13,164 bases of DNA from an uncultured Verrucomicrobiae bacterium. GTDB taxonomy: Bacteria; Verrucomicrobiota; Verrucomicrobiia; Limisphaerales; JAFGQR01. Position 1 is the first letter of the stretch. Each line of letters opens with the position of its first letter. Positions 1 through 8,210 of the stretch are shown piece by piece. A program made the position numbers and the translations under genes. The DNA is taken from contig CAWBHS010000024.1 of assembly GCA_963788655.1 (NCBI GenBank), positions 1 through 13,164 on the forward strand, given 5' to 3'. Under the pieces are notes generated by a model. The model had not been told where the DNA came from and did no database searches. It saw nothing but the letters and a program-made list of their open reading frames with translations.

Positions 1-69
1 CACACTTTGCGCTTTGCGCTTCGCTGGCGCCTTGCCTATAACCAACCCGTGTCCGGACCCGTCCCGACA

Positions 70-379
70 CCGCTCAGCGGCGCCAGTGTTTTTGCCTGGC
101 CCAGGATGCGCCGGCCGTACCGCTGCGCGGAAGCGTGCCCGAGGCGGGAGTGGCACGGTTGTTTCTTGTCAATCGCACGGCCAGCAAAGCGGAAGCAGTT
201 GCCGCAGAAGTCCGGCAACCTTTTCCCGGCACCGTGGTGGAACTGGGCGATCCAGTGCCAACAGTGATTTGGTGCTGAACACCACGTCCCTGGGGCTGAA
301 GTCGAACGATCCGATACCGCTGGCCGCGATGCCGACGGTCCGTGAAAGCAATATCTATGGAAAATCAGGACGTGTTTGA
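70..379 (+). pseudogene. aroE: Degenerate C-terminal part of shikimate dehydrogenase (AroE-like), frameshifted and internally deleted
   Basis: AroE NADP-domain motifs appear in order across three frames: LSGASVF, VFLPGPGCAGRTAA (cf. VLLLGAGGAGRAA), AGVARLFLVNRTASKAEAVAAE (NRT..KA motif), DLVLNTTSLGLKSNDPIPL (cf. DLxVNATSLG), then an abrupt jump to a C-terminal ...ESNIYG. Start approximate. Confidence 0.65.
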
Positions 380-525
380 ACAACGCAGTCGCCGAGGTGA
401 CGAGGCGGACGCGTCCCTGCATTGTGGTCACAAAAGCCGCCACTTCATCTCGGCAGTTGCGCATCTTCCGTCTTTGCAGACATGCTTTGCAGGCCGCGTA
501 ACTCGACGTTTCACAACCACTGTTT

Positions 526-1626
526 ATGTCACGCTACTTTGATCGCGAAGTCTGGGCGGCAGTGCCGTTCCAATTCTGGGCGGCAGTCTTCTTCGTGTTC
601 GGAGCCATTGTCGGGAGTTTTCTCAATGTCTGCATTCACCGGCTGCCGCGGGGGGAAAATCTCATCCGGCCTCGTTCGCACTGCCCGCACTGCGGCTACA
701 TGATTCCCGGTTATCTGAACATCCCCCTGATCACCTGGCTGGTTTTGCGGGGCCGGTGCGCCAACTGCCGGGCGCCAATTTCGGTTCGCTATTTCCTGGT
801 TGAGCTGCTGACCGCCCTGTTCTTTCTGGCTTGCTGGCTGAATTTCGGACCGCATTCCGTGCTGCTGGCGTTGGTCTATTGCGTGTTGCTGGCGGGCTTC
901 ATCGTGGCCACGTTCATCGATTTCGAGCATTTCATCATTCCCGACGAAATCACCATCGGCGGCATGGTGGTGGGATTCTTGTGCTCGTTCCTGGTGCCCA
1001 TCCTGCACGGCGAATCGGTGCCTTATCGTTCGTTGATCAACAGCTTTGTCGGCATCGTCGTTGGGGCCGGAATGGTGTATCTGATTTTGCGTCTCGGCAA
1101 ATTGCTGTTTGGCCGACAGAACGTGGAACTGGCGCCCGGCACGCGGATCATCTTCACGGAAACCGCCCTTATTTTGCCGGATCAGGAAATCTTTTATGAG
1201 GATCTGTTCTACCGCCAATCGGACACGCTCAAGCTGGAGGGCACACGGGTGGAACTGGTGGACCGATGCTACCAAGAAGCCACCGTGCAGTTGTCGCCGG
1301 AACGCCTGCAAGTCGGCGAAGACACCTTTAATCCCGAAGACGTGCCTCACTTGGAAGTGGTCACGGATCGTCTGGTGCTGCCCCGCGAAGCGATGGGATT
1401 GGGAGACGTAAAGTTCATGGGCGCCATCGGGGCGTTTCTCGGGTGGCAGGCCACGGTGTTTTCGCTCATGGCCAGTTCCATGATTGGCGCGCTGGTCGGC
1501 ATCACACTCATCGTGCTCAAGAAACGTGAATGGTCCAGCCGGCTCCCGTATGGACCCTACATTGCCCTGGCCGCGACGATCTGGGTGTTCTGGGGACGGC
1601 AGATTTGGGCGATGATCTTGCCATAG
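526..1626 (+). CDS. pilD: Prepilin peptidase / N-methyltransferase (peptidase A24A, PilD/GspO family)
   Basis: GSFLNVCIHRLP N-terminal motif, two CxxC zinc pairs (CPHC, CANC), catalytic Asp motifs FIDFEHFIIPD and MGLGDVK, C-terminal PYGPYIA, many TM segments; intact 366 aa ORF. Confidence 0.95.
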   Translation: MSRYFDREVWAAVPFQFWAAVFFVFGAIVGSFLNVCIHRLPRGENLIRPRSHCPHCGYMIPGYLNIPLITWLVLRGRCANCRAPISVRYFLVELLTALFFLACWLNFGPHSVLLALVYCVLLAGFIVATFIDFEHFIIPDEITIGGMVVGFLCSFLVPILHGESVPYRSLINSFVGIVVGAGMVYLILRLGKLLFGRQNVELAPGTRIIFTETALILPDQEIFYEDLFYRQSDTLKLEGTRVELVDRCYQEATVQLSPERLQVGEDTFNPEDVPHLEVVTDRLVLPREAMGLGDVKFMGAIGAFLGWQATVFSLMASSMIGALVGITLIVLKKREWSSRLPYGPYIALAATIWVFWGRQIWAMILP

Positions 1627-1636
1627 AGGCTGGCCT

Positions 1637-1926
1637 CTCCAACGTGCTGCCAGCATCTTGCCGGCAGTTTTGGAACGGAGGACAGCGCAACGAACGGGGC
1701 CAGATGTTCGAACGCGCCTCGGACATCCGATTCTGCCGGCGAGACGCCGGCAGCACGTTACTCCAGCGTGTTGCCGGCATCCTGCCGGCAGTTTTGGAAC
1801 GGACGAGAGCGCAACGAACGGGGCCAGATGTTCGAACGCCCTTCGGACATCCGATTCTGCCGGCGAGACGCCGGCAGCACGTTACTCCAGCGTGTTGCCG
1901 GCATCTTGCCGGCAGTTTTGGAACGG
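1637..1926. repeat. Tandem 124-bp repeat (~2.3 copies) built from inverted REP-like palindromes (BIME-like)
   Basis: Units start at 1637, 1761 and 1885. Each has (a/g)cgtg(c/t)tgcc(a/g)gcat(c)(c/t)tgccggcag, and the two full units also have its near-inverse ctgccggcgagacgccggcagcacgtt. Lies between convergent pilD and aroC. Confidence 0.9.
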
Positions 1927-1937
1927 CCCGTGCGAAC

Positions 1938-2040
1938 CAATGTCCAATGTCCAATCGACCAGTGGCAATCGTGCCAAGTCAGCTTCGTGCTTGGACTTTG
2001 GACATTCTCTGGTCCTTGGCTATTGCTCATTGGTCATTCA
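1938..2040. repeat. Short heptamer-repeat intergenic element (AATGTCC / TTGGACA / TTGGTCA-type blocks)
   Basis: aatgtccaatgtccaat, then the inverse-like ttggactttggacatt and ttggctattgctcattggtcattcatt; overlaps the aroC stop codon. Confidence 0.6.
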
Positions 2041-3122
2041 TTCCGCCGCATTGCGCCTGTTGCCGCAGCGCATGATCCACCAAGACCAAGGCCGTCATGG
2101 CTTCCACAATGGGAACAGCCCGCGGCAGGACACACGGGTCGTGCCGCCCGCGTCCTTTAAGGGTGGTATTGTGGAACGATTCATCCACGGTATTCTGCGC
2201 GTGCATAATGGTCGCCACGGGTTTGAAGGCGACCCGGAAATAAATCGTTTCTCCGTTGGAGATGCCGCCCTGCACACCACCGGAGCGGTTGGCGCTGGTT
2301 CGCACTTTCCCGGCCCGCATCCGAAACGGATCATTATGCGTTCGCCCGGTGAAGTTCACGCAGTCGAAGCCTGAGCCAATATCGAATCCCTTGGAGGCCG
2401 GCAAACTCAACATCGCTTTCGCCAGCTCGGCCTCGAGCCGGTCAAACACCGGCTCCCCCCAACCCGCCGGCACCCCGCGAGCAACACCGCCGACAATCCC
2501 ACCGACACTGTCGCCCGCTTGGCGCATTTTTTCGACGAGGCGGATCATCTTTGCTGCCATCGCCGCGTCCGGGCAGCGGATGATGTTGGCTTCGACGTTC
2601 TCGGGCTTTCACTTTGTTGGGGTCCACGTCAGCCTGGAGGCGCTGCACTTGTTGCACGTAGGCCAGGATTTCCACGCCGTAGCGTTCGCGCAGGAGCTTT
2701 TTCGCAATAGCTCCTGCGGCGACGCGGCCAATCGTTTCGCGCGCACTGCTACGTCCCCCACCCTGCCAATTGCGAACGCCATATTTGGCGAAATATGTGT
2801 AGTCGGCATGCGACGGCCGGAACTTGGTGGCCATCTCCGCATACGCTTCGGGACGCGCATCTTCATTGCGGACCCACAGGCAAATCGGGGTGCCCAGGGT
2901 CTGGCCATTGAAGATGCCGGAGAGGATTTGCACCGTGTCCGATTCCCGGCGTGGCGTGACAATTTTGGACTGCCCCGGACGCCGGCGGTCGAGGTCCGGT
3001 TGAATGTCGGCTTCGCTCAATCGGAGCCGCGGCGGGCAGCCATCCACCACCACGCCCACACCGCCGCCGTGAGATTCACCCCAGGTCGCAATCCGAAACA
3101 AATGGCCGAAAGTATTGCCCAT
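2027..3122 (-). CDS. aroC: Chorismate synthase, with one +1 frameshift near 2606-2609 (probably sequencing error)
   Basis: N-terminal [50 protein letters not shown]-terminal frame has [51 protein letters not shown]. Removing one base in aaa-g-ccc joins the two ORFs. Confidence 0.93.
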
Positions 3123-3130
3123 GCGCGGGC

Positions 3131-3159
3131 AGTGTGGAGGAAAAGAGATGGCAGGTCAA
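3131..3159 (-). promoter_or_regulatory. Putative sigma70 promoter for aroC (near-leaderless transcript)
   Basis: On minus strand TTGACC (3159-3154), 17 nt, CACACT (3136-3131), 8 nt, ATG; no Shine-Dalgarno. Confidence 0.5.
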
Positions 3160-3281
3160 ATCGTGGGAAGGACTGAAAAGATGAACGACGCCATGTCGAG
3201 TGGAGGCTGCTTCACTTTGTGGTGCGCAGCCGGCAGGGCCAGGAATTTGAACGGAATATGGTGGATCAGAATGTGTTCCTG

Positions 3282-3389
3282 TCGGCCGGCCTCGGAGCGG
3301 AATAGGTGCTCGACCACTTGAGACACTGTGCCGGCGGCCAATTCACTGCGTGAAGGACTTTGAATATGGCTCGGCTGAGGCGCGGTCAT
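3282..3389 (-). pseudogene. N-terminal stub of an ECF sigma-70 factor of the YciI-associated type
   Basis: VSQVVEHLFRSEAGR resembles the xEHLFRxExGRxVA start of region 2 in YciI-linked ECF sigmas. The rest of ORF 3156..3389 is unrelated, implying deletion. Gene context fits. Confidence 0.55.
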
Positions 3390-3404
3390 TCGCAGTTTGG
3401 TGGT

Positions 3405-3701
3405 TCAGCCCCCCGCCATGGCGCCCACGATCAGGAACGGCTCCACACCGCTCACGACTGCCTCGGGCAACGCGGCCTCCAGTGGTTCATGCGACAAGTC
3501 CTCCGCGCAGGCGAAGAACCGGACGAACGGTCGGCGTCGCCGCGTGACGTGATCGCGAATGGTTCCGCGCAGCATCGGATAACGATTCTCGATGGCGTCC
3601 AGCAATGTGCCCAACGTTACCGGGCCCGCCACGTCAAGTGACACTTCGCCGTTCACGCCGGCCAACGTGCGCAAGTGGAAAGGCAATGCCACGCGAATCA
3701 T
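3405..3701 (-). CDS. MoaD/ThiS family ubiquitin-like (beta-grasp) protein
   Basis: 98 aa; [36 protein letters not shown]-terminal AMAGG di-glycine; ATGA overlap with the upstream gene. Confidence 0.92.
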   Translation of the reverse strand: MIRVALPFHLRTLAGVNGEVSLDVAGPVTLGTLLDAIENRYPMLRGTIRDHVTRRRRPFVRFFACAEDLSHEPLEAALPEAVVSGVEPFLIVGAMAGG

Positions 3702-4858
3702 GGCAGACTCTGGACTTCAACGGACAGGACCGCGGGAAGGTCACGCACGATGGGATTCCACGAATCACCATGGTTGGCCGAAGCATAGACCTGCCGACCG
3801 GTGGTTCCAAAATACACACCGCAAGGCTCCAGCGAATCCACTGCCATTGCATCGCGCAGGACGTTGACGTAGCAATTCGCCTGCGGCAGCCCTTTCGTAA
3901 GCGCTTCCCATTCGTTGCCGCCCGTCCAGCTGCGATAAACGCGCAGCTTTCCGTCCGGCGGAAAATGTTCGGAATCACTTTTGATGGGCACGACGTAAAT
4001 GGTTTCCGGTTCGTGGCTGTGTACTTCGATGGGAAAACCGAAGTCGGTCGGCAAATTCCCACTGACTTCGTTCCATTGCTCGCCGGCATTGTCACTGCGC
4101 ATCACGTCCCAGTGTTTCTGCATGAACAGGACGTCCGGACGCGACGGGTGCAGGGCAATGCGATGGACGCAATGTCCCACTTCGGCATCCGGATCGGGAA
4201 GTTCGTATGGGGACTTGAGGCCCTGGTTGATTGGCCGCCAAGTTTTGCCACCATCATCGGTGCGAAAGGCGCCCGCCGCGGAGATGGCGATGAAGATTCG
4301 CTCCGAATTATTGGGATCCAAAAGAATGGTGTGCAAACACATGCCGCCGGCTCCAGGCTGCCACAAATGACCCTTGGCCTGACGCAATCCGGGCAACTCC
4401 TTCCATGTCTTCCCGCCGTCCACCGTCTTGAATAACGCGGCATCTTCCACTCCAGCATAGACGGTCTCCGGATCGGTCGGGGACGGTTCGAGATGCCAGA
4501 CGCGTTTAAACTCCCAGGGATGCTGGGTGCCATCGTACCACTTATGGGTGCCTACCTCGCCTTCATACACGAACTTGTTGCTCTCGCCGCGGGGCATGCC
4601 GTCCGGGCTTGGTTCTGGACCACCGCCGGGCGTCTCCCACGTTTGACCACCGTCGTTTGAACGCTGGATGATTTGCCCGAACCATCCGCTCGTCTGCGAG
4701 GCGTAAATGCGGTTAGGGTCAATCGGCGACCCTTTGAGATGATACATTTCCCAGCCTGCAAAGTGTGGGCCGCTGACTTGCCAGTTCTGGCGCCGGCCAT
4801 CCGCCGTGAGGATGAATGCGCCTTTCTTGGTGCCGACCAGGACACGGACATTGCTCAT
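3698..4858 (-). CDS. BNR/Asp-box repeat beta-propeller protein (often annotated exo-alpha-sialidase / glycosyl hydrolase)
   Basis: [10 protein letters not shown] start; Asp-box-like repeats [59 protein letters not shown]; no signal peptide. Confidence 0.9.
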   Translation of the reverse strand: MSNVRVLVGTKKGAFILTADGRRQNWQVSGPHFAGWEMYHLKGSPIDPNRIYASQTSGWFGQIIQRSNDGGQTWETPGGGPEPSPDGMPRGESNKFVYEGEVGTHKWYDGTQHPWEFKRVWHLEPSPTDPETVYAGVEDAALFKTVDGGKTWKELPGLRQAKGHLWQPGAGGMCLHTILLDPNNSERIFIAISAAGAFRTDDGGKTWRPINQGLKSPYELPDPDAEVGHCVHRIALHPSRPDVLFMQKHWDVMRSDNAGEQWNEVSGNLPTDFGFPIEVHSHEPETIYVVPIKSDSEHFPPDGKLRVYRSWTGGNEWEALTKGLPQANCYVNVLRDAMAVDSLEPCGVYFGTTGRQVYASANHGDSWNPIVRDLPAVLSVEVQSLP

Positions 4859-4889
4859 AGAATGTTCCTTTCTTCCGGTTGTCGCCGAT

Positions 4890-4949
4890 TATTCAGCAAA
4901 TTGATCATTCGTGCCGGCCCAATCCTGTTCCATGCTGTCGCGTTTCCAT
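4890..4949 (-). pseudogene. Scrap of an SRPBCC/AHSA1-domain gene (C-terminal helix only)
   Basis: Translates WKRDSMEQDWAGTNDQFAE*, resembling the AHSA1 terminal helix pattern xMxQGWxGTxDQLAEYL. SRPBCC genes commonly accompany VOC/YciI clusters. Confidence 0.45.
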
Positions 4950-4956
4950 ACGAGGG

Positions 4957-5403
4957 CTATTGCATCTGTTCGGTCCTGACTAGAACCATCCAAGACACGC
5001 CGAAGCGGTCCGCCACCATGCCAAACCGCGGCGAGTAGAACGTTTTGGCCAACGGCATCTGCACCTGCCCGCCGTCACTCAATCCAGCAAAAAACTTTTC
5101 CGCCTCGGCTTCCGTCGCCACCATGATCGCCAGCGAGAAGCCTTGGAAACTGGGCGTGCCGGTGCATCGTCCGTCGGAAGCCATGATAATTGTCCCGCCG
5201 ACACGAAAACAGGCGTGCATGACTTTATCGTCGGAATGGGGCGGACACATTCCGGGTTTGGGCGGCTCCGGACTGTCCTTAAAACGCATCAAGGCGAGGA
5301 CTTCCGCATTAAGAGTGCGGCGATAGAATTCGAGCGCTGCTTGACAGCAGCCATCGAAGAACAATTACGGTTCGATTGTGGGGGTGGTATTTGAGGCAGT
5401 CAT
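4957..5403 (-). pseudogene. VOC/glyoxalase family protein (PhnB-like) with in-frame TAA at codon 13
   Basis: ATG at 5403 gives MTASNTTPTIEP*LFFDGCCQAALEFY (family pattern PYLFFDGxCxxAxxFY), with TAA at 5367-5365. Downstream VMHA, IMASD, MPLAKTFYSPRFGMVADRFGVSWMV. Confidence 0.85.
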
Positions 5404-5419
5404 TGTTTTTCAGTGCTCT

Positions 5420-5645
5420 TTAGTGGTTTGATTGGACGAGTTCCGGTTCAGCTCGCAATTCCTCCGCGAGGGGACATTCGGCCGCCACCGGCCGGACTTC
5501 CACGCGGATGCCGTAGGGTAAGCCGGGACACTCCTGGGCGATGGCCACTGCCTCGTCGAGGGTGCCAACGTGCAGCAAAAAGTAGCCCCCGATGGTTTCC
5601 TTGGATTCGGCGAAGGGACCGTCCACCACCACTCGCCCAGCAGCT
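5420..5645 (-). pseudogene. YciI/DGPF-domain protein, C-terminal half only
   Basis: GRVVVDGPFAESKETIGGYFLL...DEAVAIAQECPG...VEVRPV is the DGPFAESKE signature; the N-terminal half is replaced by unrelated sequence. Confidence 0.85.
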
Positions 5646-5889
5646 CGGTGAACATGGGCGGCATCATCCATGCGATCATCCCGAGTCCCTTGACTGATGA
5701 AGATCCTAACCTCACAGAATCTGCAACCATCGGGAGGAAGGCCAAACACATATAAGCAAAAAACCATCTCAAGGAAAAGACAATGGGCCGGCGACCAATG
5801 AGGGTTTTGAGAGCAATGAAAATCAAGAAGGCCGACATCAGAATGCAGATGAGTGGCATTGCAACTTTGAAAAGGACGGGGGTATTCAT
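5640..5889 (-). pseudogene. Truncated integron-cassette-like membrane protein gene
   Basis: ATG about 20 nt after the attC GTTAGCA core; AT-richer than its neighbours; three hydrophobic segments; runs out of frame into the YciI remnant at ~5640. Confidence 0.6.
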
Positions 5890-5905
5890 AGTATTGTACT
5901 ATTTC

Positions 5906-6025
5906 TGCTAACGCCAGAACTGAGCGACAGCCGCCCCGCCTTAATAATGTCCGTGACTCTCGACAACCAGAGCGCGTTGCCGAAGTCCGCGACTCTCGAA
6001 GAGCAAAGCGGGGCGGCTGTTCGCT
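5906..6025 (-). other. attC (integron cassette recombination site), 3' portion, interrupted by the group II intron
   Basis: Minus strand: AGCGA-ACAGCCGCCCCGC ... GCGGGGCGGCTGT-CGCTCAGT-TCTGGC-GTTAGCA. Perfect 13-bp inverted repeat (5927-5939 / 6008-6020), an extrahelical base, L' box GCTCAGT, GTT core, followed directly by a gene start. Confidence 0.75.
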
Positions 6026-8208
6026 GCCGGGTAGGAGCCGGGGTTGCCCCCGACGCCCCCCACAGACCCGTGCGTGAAGTATTCCCTCACACGGTTCCTC
6101 AGTACCCACCGGTCGGTGGGTGTCCCAGGCCGTTCCCAGCCTGGGCGCATGACGCGTTGCTGCCCACACTCAAAACTCATGGACGATCCTCGGTTTCGGC
6201 AGTGGACAGATCGCCTGCCACCGCACCATCCATTGCTCCCAGTTCAGCCGGTGCTTGGAACTCCGACGGCTCAACCATCGCTTCCACACCCTCTCGGCGT
6301 GTTCATACGCAACTTCCAGCATCTTGAAGTTCCCGCGCACACCATAGTAATCATAGTGCCCGCGTAGTTTGGCCTTCAATATCCGGTGTTGCTCCACGAT
6401 GGGGTCGTGGCGGTGCCTGCGGCACCATTCGTGTATCCCGCTCAGGAACCGGCGCAGCCGTTTCCCCTGGGTTTTGCGTTTGATGGTCCAGCCACCCTTC
6501 AGGGTTTTCCCCCAGTAGTGGTTGAACCCCAGGAACGCGAACGTCCCAGGCCCTTTGCCCTTCCGCCCGAACGGACGACTGAATTGCACCAGCCGGCTTT
6601 TCTCCGGATGGATTCTCAGCCCATACCGCTTGAAGCGCTTGGGCAATACCCGGAACGCTTTCTCCGCGTCGGTCTTAATCGCAAAACCCATGACAAAGTC
6701 ATCCGCAAACCGCACCAGAAAGCAGTTCCCGCCCATGCGGGGTCGCACGACCGTTTCAAACCACTCGTCCAGCACCGTGTGCAGAAAGATGTTTGCCAAT
6801 ATGGGCGAGATCACTCCCCCTTGCGGGGTGCCCGTCTCACTCCGCTTCACTTGCCCTTCCTCCATCACGCCCACGTGCAGCCACATCCCGATCAGTCTCA
6901 GGAGCGCGCCGTCGTTGACGCGCTTTTGGAGGATCGCTCGCAAGTGCTTCGGCTCGATGGTATCAAAGAACTTGGCAATGTCGGCATCGATAATCCAATT
7001 GATGCCCAGCTTCAGACACTGGTCCCGCAGATAGCTCAGTGCTCCGTGCGCGCTGTGCCGCCGCCGAAAGCCATGCGAGAACCCATAAAAGTAGGGTTCA
7101 TAGATCGCTTCCAGCAGCATCGCCACCGCTCGTTGCACGATTTTATCTTCCAGGACCAGGATCGCCAGCGGTCGCTGGCTGCCGTCACGCTTGGGAATCC
7201 ACACCCGCCGGGCCGGTTGCGCCCGATATTTCCGGGTCTTCAACCGTTGCACCAGGTCGGCCAGGTTTTCCTTCAAGTTCAGCTTGTATTCCGCCACGGT
7301 CATCTGGTCGATGCCCGCCGCGGCGTCTTTACGCAGTTGGTGAAAGGCTTCCAAAAGGAAGTCCTCGTCCAGGTGATGAGCCAGGGTGGTAAACACCATC
7401 CCCGGCTCCCGTTTTGATTGCTCCGCAATCTGGGCCAGTCGCATGGATACCGTTGGTGCGCTCGAAGTCACTCCGGTAGTTCCCTGGTCCAGAGGTCATG
7501 CCCGGCTTCGCCTTCCCGCGGCCTCGCGGCCTGTATCGTGGGTCCCTTGGGCCTTGGTTCCCCACGCGTCCGGTCTGGGTGCCGCTCGGCTCCATGACCC
7601 GCGGTACTACGCGTTGCTACGACTACCTTCGTCCGTCCCGGTCGGTTCGCTTGCGGCTCCCTGCCGGTACCTTGGGTTGACGCGCGGCTCTTTGTGTTCC
7701 GTCCGGCTTGCGCCGGGTTTGGCTCGTTCACCGCCCGCCTCCAACGGTAAACGCCCGGGTATTGGTTATGCCGGTCACCCGTGTTCCGGCGGTTGGTCCC
7801 AAGGAGACGGGCGGTTCTCCCGAGTTCCCGGATTACCCCTTTAAGCATACGCCCCGATCTCAGATCCCGGATGGGTCCCGCCCCGCTGGCCTTAACGCGG
7901 ACAGGACGGCTGCCTTCCTCTCGCTGCACGAGTCGGCTTTCGTTCCGGTTGCCCGGACTTCTTCTCTGACCACCACGATACATTTTTCGGGATTCAATTC
8001 CGCGGCCTGCGCCCTCGCTTCCCCTCGGCTTCGCACACCGTCGGCTGACGATCGCACTTCGGTTCCGCTACCGACCCGATGGCTAGTCTTTGGTCGGGTG
8101 GGATTGGTCCGCACCCGCGGACGCACCCACTGGGTAATAATGACGAGTTTCAAGGGGGGTCACCTTGGGGGGCACCCCTATTCCATCGTCCCGAGCTTGT
8201 CTCGGCAC
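6026..8208 (-). mobile_element. Group II intron (retroelement), non-IIC, probably bacterial class E/F-like; 5' boundary 8208-8211
   Basis: 5' GTGCCGAGAC at 8208; about 740 nt structured 5' region; RT ORF; domain V GAACCGTGTGAGGGAATACTTCACGCACGGGTC (6097-6065); domain VI with GCAA loop and bulged A (6032) in CCTACCCGGC. Confidence 0.92.
6170..7471 (-). CDS. ltrA: Group II intron reverse transcriptase/maturase, no endonuclease domain
   Basis: RT0 (AAGIDQMT), RRVWIPK, RPLAI..DKIVQ, SHGFR, DADIAKFFD, GTPQGGVISPILANIFLH, RFADD, FAFLGF, X-domain LRGHYDYYG; ends PLPKPRIVH without HNH. Confidence 0.97.
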   Translation of the reverse strand: MTSSAPTVSMRLAQIAEQSKREPGMVFTTLAHHLDEDFLLEAFHQLRKDAAAGIDQMTVAEYKLNLKENLADLVQRLKTRKYRAQPARRVWIPKRDGSQRPLAILVLEDKIVQRAVAMLLEAIYEPYFYGFSHGFRRRHSAHGALSYLRDQCLKLGINWIIDADIAKFFDTIEPKHLRAILQKRVNDGALLRLIGMWLHVGVMEEGQVKRSETGTPQGGVISPILANIFLHTVLDEWFETVVRPRMGGNCFLVRFADDFVMGFAIKTDAEKAFRVLPKRFKRYGLRIHPEKSRLVQFSRPFGRKGKGPGTFAFLGFNHYWGKTLKGGWTIKRKTQGKRLRRFLSGIHEWCRRHRHDPIVEQHRILKAKLRGHYDYYGVRGNFKMLEVAYEHAERVWKRWLSRRSSKHRLNWEQWMVRWQAICPLPKPRIVHEF

Positions 8209-8210
8209 GA

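Noticed and set aside
1637..1926. CRISPR array
   Set aside because: The sequences between palindromes are near-identical rather than unique spacers; no cas genes.
1517..2374. Several 90-240 aa ORFs across the repeat region
   Set aside because: They are translations of GC-rich palindromic repeats or antisense to aroC.
5365..5367. Stop-codon reassignment (TAA read as Tyr)
   Set aside because: Two TAA-for-Tyr cases occur, but both lie in a decaying operon and TAA also ends the YciI and 8478 frames normally; point mutation is simpler.
5420..6169. 249-aa ORF as a single YciI fusion protein
   Set aside because: It runs through intron domains V/VI, the attC and the cassette gene; only the last ~75 aa are YciI.
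529..7417. Long antisense ORFs (529..1656 -, 2256..3176 +, 3605..4435 +, 6386..7417 +)
   Set aside because: Shadow frames of real genes in high-GC DNA, with no motifs.
6170..7471. Retron, DGR or defence-associated RT
   Set aside because: The RT has a maturase X domain and lies inside clear group II intron RNA domains; no TR/VR pair or msr-msd.
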